A stretch of 61,562 nt of DNA, filler included, from Sphacelaria rigidula (taxonomy: Eukaryota), in assembly GCA_964200075.2 (NCBI GenBank). It is 6 parts of 6 records of this genome, joined end to end, with 100 filler letters (N's around TTAATTAATTAA, not from the genome) between each part and the next. Parts side by side here need not be neighbours in the genome. Positions count along the whole stretch, not along the records: positions 1 to 10,179 come from CAXNAA020006983.1; positions 10,280 to 20,457 come from CAXNAA020006984.1; 4 more parts are not named here. One strand, written 5' to 3'. Shown one piece after another: positions 1 through 10,477 of this stretch (its first letter is position 1; every line of letters begins with the position of its first letter). The notes beneath the pieces were generated by a model that saw only the letters and a program-made list of their open reading frames with translations, did not search any database and was not told where the DNA came from. The translations under genes were made by a program, and so were the position numbers.

Positions 1-75
1 AGTGTGGGGAAAGCACTGTTTTAGGCTTGAGCCTCATCTCGAAGTTAAACCTCAATTCTCACAATTTGTTGTTAC

Positions 76-1105
76 ATGTTGGTAATCATGGATGATTTGA
101 GCAACTTCGTGGCTTTGGAACCAGTAGCAGCGTGTACTGCCGAATCGACCGCTGCATCTTTGCTGGATTGGTGCAAAACTTTGGGGGTGCCGCGTGTGTG
201 GGTGAGTGATACCGCCACGCATTTCAAGAATGCGATCTTGACCCGTTTGCGAGAGGCATTACACGTTGATCATCGGTTTGCGGTGGCATATTCTCCGTGG
301 TCTAACGGTACGTGCGAGCGCGTGGTCAAGGCAGTAGTTCGTGCCCTTCGCTCTATTCTTCTCGAGCAGCGTCGAGAGGTGACCGAGTGGATGGACGTGT
401 TGCCCGCTGTGCAATGGGCGCTAAATACAGCATATCACCTTCGGTACGATAGTACGCCGTATCACGTGATGTTTGGTGGTGCACCTCGGACGTCTTTCTC
501 TCGGTGTTGGCGTCCTCATCGGCGGGGGAGTGGAACTGAGATGTCTTAGACGATGCGCAACTAAAGTGTGCGTTGCAAGGAGTTCTGGAGTTGCAGGAAA
601 GTTTCCACACGTTCAAGTGCAGGAGCGTGTTGCCGCTGAACGTGCGCGTAGACGTGAAGGGTCTTCGTCGGGGCTGGAATTGCCGAATTTCGAGGTAGGC
701 GATTATGTTTTGTATGCACGCGTGCGTCGCCCAGGAGTACGCCTGAATTGATGGCGACGTGGACTGGTCCGTGGAGGGTGGTTGGTGCTCATCACCCGCA
801 TGTGTTTGAAGTCTAAAACATTGTTTCGGGTCGTGTTCAGACCGCCCATGTAGCTCGTCGGGGTTNNNNNNNNCTTCAACCAGGGTCAATTTCAGATGGC
901 TGGGATTGTTCGCGTGGCAGAGGCAGAGGATCGTTCGTTGATCGTGTTGGTCGACTGGGTTGGTTTTGAAGCTGAGGAGCGTACGTGGGAGCCTTTGAAG
1001 CAAAATTGAGGCCGCTTCGGAATTTCTCAAAAAGAAGTTGCGTAAGGTGCGAGTGACTCGTTCCATTGCTGCTCGCATTACGCGTAAGTTTGGTATTCAC
1101 TTGTG
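76..1105 (+). mobile_element. Ty3/gypsy (chromovirus-type) pol 3' end: integrase core plus chromodomain, with frameshifts and stops
   Basis: ORF 76-549 has rve motifs (LVIMDDLSNF; WVSDTATHF; YSPWSNGTCER; QWALNT..TPY). A shifted frame gives FEVGDYVL..WTGPWRV. After the 8-N gap comes the chromodomain VLVDWVGFEAEERTWEPL. Confidence 0.9.
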
Positions 1106-1185
1106 ACTTGCTCAATCGTTTTGTCGTTATTTTTCTGAATGTCAAGCTTGTTGCTCGATTCTCGTCCAACGCGCTTTGGAGGTGC

Positions 1186-1445
1186 TGTGACGAAATCACG
1201 CCGTCACGTTGAGTATATAGTGATGATATGGATGATGGCTCGGGATCTGTTAGTGATGGTATGGATGATGACATGGACACAAGGGTGATACCCTGATGTG
1301 GTATATGGAGCGTGTATGCCTGGGTGACACTCCAGGATAATAAAATGTGTTGTGAAGGCTGACAACTGAAACCTGAGGCCAGTGGAACTGGGGAGTCCCT
1401 CAACAGCATTAGACGCTGCAGTACTAGCAACTTGCTGGCGTCACA
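1186..1445 (+). mobile_element. 3' LTR (260 bp) of the gypsy element
   Basis: Begins TGTGACG and ends CGTCACA (perfect 7-bp inverted termini). It follows pol and a short purine-rich tract (GGAGG) and contains TATATA and AATAAA. A related LTR start occurs at 10108. Confidence 0.85.
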
Positions 1446-1680
1446 GGTCGAAATCACCGTCGCCGTCCGACGATAGACTGCCGAGTGTAATCACCCTCGG
1501 TGTTTTCGTGATCACGCCGTAAACCACGTTGTTCTGGAGGAAGAGTCCGCCTACGTCGTAAACCTTGTTGTCACGGATGCCGAACTTCACGAACTTACCG
1601 CTTCTCTTGTAGCGCTGAGTTTTGTCGCCGTACTTCATCGACGAGCCGACCACTTCGCTCTTCTTGGTTTGCTTTACCAT
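1446..1680 (-). pseudogene. Virus-like hypothetical ORF, 3'-truncated by the LTR
   Basis: MVKQTKKSEVV..GDGDFD stays open up to the LTR edge, and its stop is supplied by the LTR. It is co-oriented and tightly packed with the SET and ATPase genes. Confidence 0.5.
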
Positions 1681-1722
1681 CGCTATCGCGCTGATTTGAA
1701 CTAATTTATTGATGCTGTGTTA

Positions 1723-2340
1723 TCAACATTTGGAGTATATTTTGGTCCTTTTAAACAAGGTGCCGACATGTTTGTACACTGTGTCGATCAGGTCGCGATA
1801 CTGTTGCTTGCTCGTGATACACGGGGTGTAGCCGCGCTCACTGTAGTCGTTGCCATAGCATGTCAGCACTTCCGTCCCCTTCGGGGGGTCCTTGACTACA
1901 ACGACGTATATTTCTGGAGTTGGCAACTTTTTCACCAGAGAACGTTGGACATCGACTTTGGAGATGTTGTGGTTGCTCACCAATAAAGCGTTCGGCAGAC
2001 AGCCGTCGCTCGCCTCGTTGGTTTGACACGCCAGTGTCTTGAATGCTTCGAGCTTTTCATCTGAGGCAGCCGAGGATCGCCGTCCACGGACAAACCTTCC
2101 GCGGTTGGTTAGTTTACAAACGCCGTCGGGTAATCAGCGGCGATCACGTAGGTGCGATAATTATCTGGGTTTGTTTTGTCATCATCTTCGCTGTCATCAT
2201 CATCCTTGATTGTGATGTCGTAATTCGGAAGGATCGTTCCAGCACTTACTTTTCTGACACAGAGACGCCGTTTCCGCGTTCTCGCCTTGCTCAGATTTCC
2301 TGCACTCGAAAACACCATCCTTCTTTAATACAAATACCAT
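1723..2340 (-). pseudogene. SET-domain lysine methyltransferase, viral type, frameshifted
   Basis: Joined frames read MVFVLKKDGVFECRKSEQGENA/GNGV../RKVSAGTILPNY...YVIAADY..DGDP/LACQTNEASDGCLPNA..IYVVVVKDPPKGTEVLTCYGNDY. These match the SET motifs GxG, (N[HE]xxxxPN) and GxELxxxYG. Confidence 0.75.
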
Positions 2341-2389
2341 AATGTATACGTCCTGACGACATACTTTTTGTTTTTCGGGGAGAAGACTC

Positions 2390-2838
2390 ACGAACTGACG
2401 CCCTTGCACCCGGCCATGATGCCGCTGAGAGACGTCAACTCTTCCAGAGAAGAAGAGGCTATATCTAGTATTTCCTTCGGCATGTCTACGGTGCCCTTTA
2501 GAGAAAGTTTTTTTGCCAGATCGAAAGAAAGAGGAACAGAGCCTTGAATACTTCTGTGAACAGATTGGGGAGGATATCATCGCTGAACTTGTTCTCGTGA
2601 CCCAGTACGACGTACACAAGGGCATCTGCGAACATTGTAATCTCTTGCTTGATAAAAAATTTGATGCAACTTGCCGGTGCTTTCAAAACCTTGGCCAGGC
2701 CGAGGAGGCTCGACGAAAATGCCTGCAGAGACAACATGTAATCCGGGACGGAGTAAAAAGATCTACCGACACTTTTGTGTGCGAGGTAGCACGTCTCGCT
2801 TAGCGTTGCTATGGTTGTTGCAACCACTCGTCTCCATA
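2390..2838 (-). pseudogene. Virus-like hypothetical protein, frameshifted
   Basis: ORF 2498-2827 continues in another frame (LKGTVDMPKEILDIASSSLEELTSLSGIMAGCKGVSS*). Intron-less and packed between its neighbours. No family recognised. Confidence 0.4.
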
Positions 2839-2879
2839 TATAGATACAAATTAGTTAAGTACGAACAGGACTGTGGTCG

Positions 2880-3140
2880 TTACGGTTTGCACAACGAGCG
2901 TGAGAATGGAGAAAACGATGTCTCTTGCAAACGAGACCACGTTTGTTTGCGGCGGTCAAATGTAAACGTGGAGCTCAGTGATAGAAGTAGAGTCATCACC
3001 ACAGATCGTACTAGGACCACAGCCATCAGGATCCCGTTCGTCAGAGTAGATATTGCGATGGACGATACACCACACAGGATGCCGATGATAATCATTTTTG
3101 TGGCCTTGAGCGTTATCTCCGCATCCTGGCTGACCGCCAT
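2880..3140 (-). CDS. Small hydrophobic (about 2 TM) virus-like protein
   Basis: 86-aa ATG ORF with two hydrophobic segments (MIIIGILCGVSSIAI; ILMAVVLVRSVVMTLLLSL), directly downstream of the ATPase. Confidence 0.45.
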   Translation of the reverse strand: MAVSQDAEITLKATKMIIIGILCGVSSIAISTLTNGILMAVVLVRSVVMTLLLSLSSTFTFDRRKQTWSRLQETSFSPFSRSLCKP

Positions 3141-3201
3141 GTTCTCGCGATCGTGTTACAAACGGCCAGCATCTTGAAGTTAAGTTCGCCAATTTTGATA
3201 G

Positions 3202-4046
3202 TTAAATTCGGCAATTAGTGAATGACAAAAGTGCCGTCTTTCGATCGTATCGTGTCGGGATGAGGCCTGTTTTGCAAGAGATACCTGTCCTGAATCGAGA
3301 CATATCTAGCGTCGTGGTATTTCTAAAAATATTTCGACCCGAATCTGAACACACGGTTGGGGTAATTTTGTACCAATTAGCCATAATATTGTCAACGAGA
3401 ACACTCGTCACGATGTTGTTAAGAATCAAGCACCCAGAATCCCTGGTGAATGCATCGAAAGCGTTCTTGAAGTGCACGGGCTTTTCAAACACGCCAAAAA
3501 CGTTCTCGGACAAGTTTCTCGTGACATTTTTGTTGCCCTCTCTAAGACAAATCACTTAGTCCGTGCTGCTCCTCAGCGCGGGCGGTAGCTGCATCACGTG
3601 CTGAATTGCAACTATCAGCGTGATGTCGTAGCGCCATCCATCCATGAAAACAAACGTGAGTATCTGACTCGTCATAACTTCACGGTTTGTAGCCCATGTC
3701 GTCAAGCACGATGACAATACGCAAGTCCGTGTCTTTACCGATTTCTCTAATAATGTTTTTCTGTAGCTGCAGACGTTTCTGCTGCTCAACGATGTCTATG
3801 AGCTTGCCCTCCACGTCTTTCTCGTCAAGCATGAAATAATCCGGGATGTGCCTGCAAAAAAACCTGTTGCTCTCTTCCGTGGCCGAGAAAACACACGCTC
3901 GCGGCACCTTCCACTTGGAAAGGTAGTACCGGAGCTCGGCGATGACAACGCTCTTCCCCGTGTTCCTTTTCTCGATGACGACAGCGTTGCACTTTACCGT
4001 CAAATCGCTTTAGATTTACGTTTACTGAACCCGTCGTTGATGACAT
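3202..4046 (-). pseudogene. A32-like (FtsK/HerA) DNA-packaging ATPase, NCLDV type, disrupted
   Basis: Joined frames: NLKRFD / VVI(E)KRNTGKS (Walker A) / VFSATEESN..HIPD / IVIVLDDMGY (Walker B) / FMDGWRYDIT..QHVMQLPPALRSSTD*VICLRE..LSENVFGVF..F..FTRDSGCLILNN..WYK. This is colinear with the A32 consensus (MNGRH, QY..PP..R.N.DY). At least 2 frameshifts and 1 stop. Confidence 0.9.
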
Positions 4047-4099
4047 GATGATAATATACCTGTTAACATGTACACAATATACGAAGATTTTAGCGAATT

Positions 4100-4677
4100 T
4101 AAATCATCAGAACGTCGTCCGTCACCATCTCGCCCCCCAACGGGCTTTCGGGTAAGGATGACCGAAGCGACTTGTCGTCCGTCACACAGAGACAGCCAAG
4201 TCTTGAGAGCGGACGCAACCAATGGACCGGTTGTTGTGGATTTGGTCGACCGCGTACTGTTCGTGCCGATGGTCCTCGTCCTTGAGATGGACGTCGTGGC
4301 CGTGATGGACGTGGTTATCAAAATACGTAAATTTATTTTCTGTGTTGGTCGCAACTATGAGCGACTCGACCACAATTGACTTTGCGGACCGCCGTGTTTG
4401 TTTTGATCACGACTTTCCCTTCTGGGACCATGTACATCACGCCGTCTTTCGCAAGAACGAAAAGGCTGCCGTCGCAAGGGAAGCCGGGAGCGACGCACTT
4501 GTTGAACATTTGGTGGGTCTCGAGAGAAGAGGACAGGGCGATTTTCATCGCACATCAATCGGTGACGACAACCACGCAGAGGATGATCACCATCGTCGCG
4601 TCCGTGACCAATGAAGCAATGCTCGCGATTTTAGGGTCGGGTTTGGAGGAGTGCTGCCTCATTTTGGCTACAAGCAT
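4100..4677 (-). pseudogene. Virus-like hypothetical protein with N-terminal hydrophobic segment, disrupted
   Basis: ORF pieces 4333-4548 and 4182-4373 join with the upstream MLVAKMRQ..MVIILCVVV. Same strand and packing as the ATPase. Boundaries approximate. Confidence 0.35.
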
Positions 4678-5133
4678 ATTCAGATTACGATGTTCACCAC
4701 AGCGACGACCCGTTCATTTGAAAAGAACGAACTGTCCTTGGATCTTCCAAGGTGCTGACGCTCGCCAAAAAGCGAGGACCTTGGACTTTGGTGATCTGCC
4801 CGAAGGCGATGTTGGTGGTGCCCGAAAGCGTTTTTTTTGTTTTCATTGATCTTCACGCATTCAAAGCCAACCGCCCTGCCCCCTCATCACTCATCTTTCT
4901 CATTCAACTGCTGAAATAAAGACAAAAAAACCCAAGATCAACCGCCCGCAGGTCCACAGTCGAACTATCCTCTGCGCTAATTAGTACATGTGCTCAACCG
5001 ACCCCGACTTCGTCGCACGCGCGCGCTTGCGCCTCTTCTTTTTCTCCTCGGAGGAATTTACAACATCCGCCATTTCTTTTTTCAACAGAAGTTTGCGGGC
5101 ACGTACAAAAACAATTTTGATCCTAAAAATAAA

Positions 5134-5637
5134 ATGGTTTCAACAGGGGCAGCACTGTCCAGCTTTGAAATGTTCATCGACGTGAACATCGATCAAGTGG
5201 CTTCCTTCCTTCTCGACGCCAAGTCCATGGCGGCATTCGCGAGGGTCGGGAGGCGCGACAAAAACGTGGTGTACGCCAGCATCCCGATCGCGATTAAAAG
5301 TTCAAATGACTAAATGAAGAAATTTCAGCGAGATGTACTGAGCGATCTCGCTCAGAACTCGGGCCTGGGGCAGCTGAAAGCTCTCGTCGAGCGCAAGTGC
5401 CGCGTCTACAAGAAGAGAAACAGAGGAGGAATACGAGCCCCCTGGGGAATCCCGTCGCACCCTGAGAGCAGGAGAGGCCTCGAGGTCAACGTACGCCATG
5501 TGAATGACGAAATATCGACCGAGCTGATGTCGCTCGTCCGCTTGACGACACCGGTCAATGCCAGGGGCGGACACAGCTCGTACCACGGGCAACCCGAATA
5601 CGAAATAATTGTCCCGAAAGCCATCCCCGGCGACTGA
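5134..5637 (+). pseudogene. Divergent virus-like hypothetical ORF (one in-frame TAA at 5311, or two abutting ORFs)
   Basis: ATG follows an A-rich leader (TAAAAATAAAATG). The frame continues through TAA-ATG at 5311-5316 to 5637. Confidence 0.45.
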
Positions 5638-5638
5638 T

Positions 5639-7075
5639 GTAAGTTTGGGAAAGGCCAGACGCATCTCTTGGCCTGACCTTGTAGATTTATAGTAGAGTGG
5701 GACCTTGTACAGTCGGCCCAAAAATACATAGCTTGGTTCGCCCGCAATGTAAAGCTTCCTTCCCAACAACATGTTTTTGAGCCGATCGTGTACAGGTCTC
5801 AACAAGGGCCATATGTGAAGTTGATTTGGAAATTCAGTAGAGAACACGTGTCGTGGACCTAATGAGAGCCCGGGTTCTGTCAAGTTTGGAAAAGGCTAAA
5901 AGCATTTCTGGGCTTGAGTTAGTAGATTCTACTTTTAGCCACGGTAGTTTGAAACCTGGGTACAATCGGCCTCAACACATACAGCTTCATTCGCCCGTAA
6001 TGCTATACTTTTTTCCAGCAACATGTGTTTGGGCCGATCGTATACAGGTCTCAACAAGGGTCATTTCTGGTATTGATTGGGAAATTCAGTCGAGAACACG
6101 CACCATGGACCTGATGAAAGCTTGGGTTCTGTCAAGTTTGGGACAGGTCATACGTATTTCTAGGCCTGATTTATTTAGTAGATTCCACTTTGAATCACGG
6201 TAGTTTAAGACCTGGGTACAATCGGCCAAAATGCTCATAGCTTCGCTTGCCCGCAGTGTTATGCTTCCTTCCCAGCGACATGTGTTTGGGCCGATCGTAT
6301 ACAGGTCCCAACAAGGGTCATTCCTGGTATTGATTGAGAAATTCAGTTAAGGACACGCGCCGTGGACCTGATGAGAGCTTGGGTTCTGTCAGTTTGATTC
6401 TGTCAGTTTGATTATGTCAGTTCGGGAAAGGTCAGACGCATCTTCAGGCCTGGGTTAGTAAATTCGACATTCACTTACGGTAGTTTGAGACCTGTAAACA
6501 ATCGCCCCAAATGCACACAGTTTCGTTCGCCCGTAATGTTATGCTCGCTTTTCAGCAACCTGTATTTGGGCTGATCGTATACAGGTCCCAACAAGAGCCA
6601 TTTCTATCATTATTGGAAAATTCAGTCGAGAACACGCGCCGCGGACCCGATGAGAGCTTGGGTTCCGTCAGTTTGGGAAAGGCCAGACGCATACCTAGGC
6701 CTGAGTTAGTAGATTCCACTTCTAATCACTGTTGTTTGGGACCTACATACAACGGACCCAAATGCACATAGCTTCGTTCGCTCGTAATGGTATGCTTCCT
6801 TCCCAATAACATGTATTCGGGCCGATCGTGTTCAAGTCCCAAAAACGGCCATATCTGGTATTATTGGGACCTTCAGCTGAGAACATGCGCCGCGAACCTG
6901 ATGAGAAGTTGGGTCATGTCAAGCTTGGTCCACGCTAGACGCATCTCTAGGCTTGAGTAAGTAGATTCCACTTCCAATCACGGTAGTTTGGGGCCTGTAT
7001 ACAACCGACCCAAATTCACATAGCTTCGTTCGCCCGTAATGTTATGCTTTCTTCCCAGCAACATGTGTTTGGACC
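5639..7075. repeat. Tandem array of about 6 diverged ~250-bp units
   Basis: The blocks GT(C)AAGTTTGGGAAAGGCCAGACGCATC, CATAGCTTCGTTCGCCCGTAATG, GGGCCGATCGTATACAGGTC and GGACCTGATGAGAGCTTGGG recur, with units starting near 5639, 5879, 6131, 6415, 6667 and 6918. Confidence 0.92.
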
Positions 7076-8775
7076 GAAAGTATTCATGTGCAATCGGCCT
7101 AAAGCTTCCGTCAGGGCCTCTAGAATACGAATGGCAATGCCCCTGGACATGCGAATGGTCACCAGAACGCATACATCCTACTTGCTGATTTGAGGTCACC
7201 CTTTCCTCCCTCCCCGACCACGACATGAGAATATCTCCTCTGTAAACAACCTCAACCGGGGGGGCAGGGTTATTTGGCGTTTTAGCCATTTGCGGGCGGA
7301 CTATATGATAATGATACTTCTGAACGCATAATAGATGTCGTGAAAATATCAACACCGTTACTATCCCTAGGATAGTCGGGAGCACCATCATTCGTTTGCG
7401 ATCATTCGTTTGCGGCAGGACAAAACAGTGGATACGACCCCAGGGTACGGCTACTTTCCCATCCATGGAAAAATCATGAGCCCAACCTCCACAGGAGACT
7501 TCACCACTGCATTGAAAATGCTTTCTGTGTTGTCGTACGTGCCATGCATATAATTTTCAACTCTCCTTGATGACGCCTTGAATGCACGAAAAAAGCCGAA
7601 ACAAGAAGGGCAACGTTAGCCCACAAACTGGTCCGGATCAAATAAAAAAGGTCAGGACCGGCCGGTCGTGAGAAGTGGGCCCGCGAGAATTTGACGTGCA
7701 GTAGCACGTAGGTGCCCCTGGGTGCATCGCTTATTTGCAACCCTCGGGTGCATGATGAGTTTTCCTCGGATTGTGGTTGTTTGGTGAAGTGTATAGCGTT
7801 GAGCGCACTGATGATGAGTTCTCCGTTGCATCATTTCAGCCCCTATCCCCTGAGCCGTGGTGTCTTCAGTGCACTCAACGGTAGATTCTTGGTGTTGCAC
7901 GATAATCAGTACAGGATCAGTGTCTTCTTTATGGTCTTCGCCTTGACGACTTTTTGACCGATGACGATTAGTTTTGTATAGTTGGATTCTTTATTCTTCA
8001 TGGGCTCTTGTCATCGACGATATTTGAGGGATAATAATGAAAGTTTTCGCTTCAGTTTCATCATGACTGATGAACAACCTGAACGGCAAAGTCGCGCATG
8101 CGATCGCCAGCCTACACACAATGGCTTATTGCTTGTAGGATCCCATTTTTTTTATTTAGACTTCCGAATCATTAACGACTCATGTATATACTGTATATCT
8201 GGGCACTTGACAGTATCCTTTCCATTGGAATCGCTCGAATGTGGCGGTGGCGCGACGCGAAAAAACCTTGTAGCATCATTTTGACTCTTTATTTGGCTGG
8301 AATCGCTTCCGTCCAGATAGGTATATTTTTCCTGTGAAGCTCTGAGAAGCCAGCGTTTCGTCTTTACTTGATTTTAGACAACATGTGTTTTGGTGATACC
8401 ATTTCGCTTATTGCATTTTACTGGATATTGGGGTGAATTCTGCTTTTGCTTCGAGTACATTTGCTTCCCCTGCTGTGTTCTGCGTGGCGTTATGGAATTG
8501 TGGCTTCACGATGCTCCGTTTGATATCCTGTGCCCACGTCTCAGCGTACCCTTCGATCGTCGGATGTACCGTCATCCGTCTCGACCGCTCTTTATTTGTG
8601 GGGTCGGCATCATGTCCATTTGAGAATCGGAAGCAACGAGATAAAATCGAAAAAATGGGATAACGGTATTAGACAGTCAGCGTGCCATCGCTCTCGACTC
8701 AACACAGTCCACTCTCGGAGAAGGGTTTGAACAAGTCGAGCGTGTTTTGATCTCGCACGCATGTATCTTCCTGTG

Positions 8776-9049
8776 GAGCAATGCTACGGTAGGGATTGCA
8801 CTTTGTGTTTCTGGGTCTCTTTTTTGTAGGAGCCCAAATATATGGGGCTTTCTGTGCAACCCAAATATCCGGGGACCGGATTCCCAGGAACATGGTGTTT
8901 ACACGCAGGGACCTTCCCGTGAGTCGGCATCATTTTCAGTATTTCTCAAGTAAAAATGATACTGATTCTCAAAATGATCCGTTCAACACCCCGAGCAGCC
9001 CCGAGGAACATTTTCGGTAAGAATGTGCAACCCTACCGTGACATTTCTT
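8776..9049. mobile_element. MITE family A (GAGCAATGCTACGGTAGGG TIR), degenerate copy
   Basis: Left end GAGCAATGCTACGGTAGGGATTGCAC; right end GTGCAACCCTACCGTGACATT. Same TIR as 38606-38862. Confidence 0.7.
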
Positions 9050-10107
9050 TTTCCTACCGTCTCTGTTCTGCTGCTGCAGCTGCCGTACATGCGATTTTTT
9101 CATCATGAAAAGCTAGGTGCAATAGTGTTTCCGACTTTTTCAAATATTCATGGGCATCGTTTGCACCGGTTTCTGTACTTCTTCAAATTCGAATCGGCAC
9201 TGTGTTCACTTGGAAATTGCATCGGCAGCATGTCTGAAACGGTCAGCGTGTCTCTCTCGGTTCGAAGCGCACCTCATATTTTGTAAGTCGCTCTCAAAAC
9301 TGGTGAAAACGCTCTCGTCCGGGGTCTTCTGTACCGCTCTGAGACCTGCCGGAAAAGCTCTGAGAACACCAACGGCGACACCTTTCGGCAGGTATGCTTT
9401 CGGGTGTACTTTTCCACCGGTCGCCACCTCGTCACGAATTCTTTCGTATGCTCACAGGTGTATGAAAGCGCTCCCGAAAGTGTGTAACCGTGATGCCAAC
9501 GTTTGGGCTTCACCACAGTTCTTTCTCTTTCAGTTTTCTCAAAAAACACCTTTACACGGTCAGGTTTACCTTCTCTCGCTACTACCGCCAGTAAACATGT
9601 ATCTTGACTGTTGATCCTCTGGGCGTGGCGGCGTGAGCTGCCGAACTCTTTTGTCCCCTGCTTCTCGTCATATTTGCGTTATATCTCGACGTTTTGTGTC
9701 ATATAGCTACTATCTATGTCGTTCTGTTCGACTTTTTTCTGCTCCTTCTTGTCTTCAGCGAGTGTTTCAGTTTTATTTTTCTTGGGTACGTCTATCATGA
9801 GACCACGACTGGACCCCTGGGGGGGTCACTCCAAGTGCGGCCATCAATCAATTCAGTCAATAATGACAAATGACATCTTGGAGCCAAGAAAGGGGCGGAA
9901 GTATTTGAGGACACGTGGCGACGCGCAGACAATAAAGCGAATGTCTCCTCGAAAATGGGGTTCAACATCGCGGTGGGATTCACCCTCCTTTGGATCTTCG
10001 ACATTTCTGCCATGATGGTTTGAAAAACGAAAGCAATTCCGGATAGTCTGTTTCTGTGAGAAGCTAAGTGGGTGCAGCTAGGAGCACCCACCTCATTCGG
10101 TGTACAC

Positions 10108-10179
10108 TGTGGCGAAATCACGCCGACACGATTGAGTATATAGTGGATCCTGGATGATGACCAGGGGACAAGGGCATCC
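10108..10179 (+). mobile_element. 5' part of a second LTR of the same family as 1186-1445, cut by the contig end
   Basis: TGTGGCGAAATCACGCCGACACGATTGAGTATATAGTG versus TGTGACGAAATCACGCCGTCACGTTGAGTATATAGTG. Confidence 0.85.
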
Positions 10180-10279
10180 NNNNNNNNNNNNNNNNNNNNN
10201 NNNNNNNNNNNNNNNNNNNNNNNTTAATTAATTAANNNNNNNNNNNNNNNNNNNNNNNNNNNNNNNNNNNNNNNNNNNN
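10180..10279. other. Artificial 100-nt contig spacer (also 20458-20557, 30736-30835, 41012-41111, 51288-51387)
   Basis: Identical N44-TTAATTAATTAA-N44 at all five sites. The 12-mer puts stops in all six frames. Confidence 0.97.
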
Positions 10280-10477
10280 GATGCAGCGCCGGGCACGGGC
10301 CGACTGAATGCCACCATCAATCAGCCCCCCAAACCCTCGTGCGTGCTATCGCAAAAAAACCCCCCCCCCCCCCCGAAAAAAAAAAAATCACGATATTGCC
10401 TTCCCCGCCCAAACCTTGCTCTCCATTACACTCTCGCTCACGCAAATTCGAATGCATCAATGTGGCTTTGATCGCAG

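Noticed and set aside
353-1457. Minus-strand ORFs of 241 and 193 aa
   Set aside because: They are antisense to the integrase, chromodomain and LTR, and one crosses an N gap.
1186-10179. One LTR retroelement carrying the viral genes as internal cargo
   Set aside because: The first LTR follows pol (it is a 3' LTR), has no primer-binding site after it and cuts an ORF. The second lacks the purine tract. Two independent insertions fit better.
10224-10235. TTAATTAATTAA as a biological motif
   Set aside because: It is always centred in an exactly 100-nt N block: a six-frame stop linker added during concatenation.
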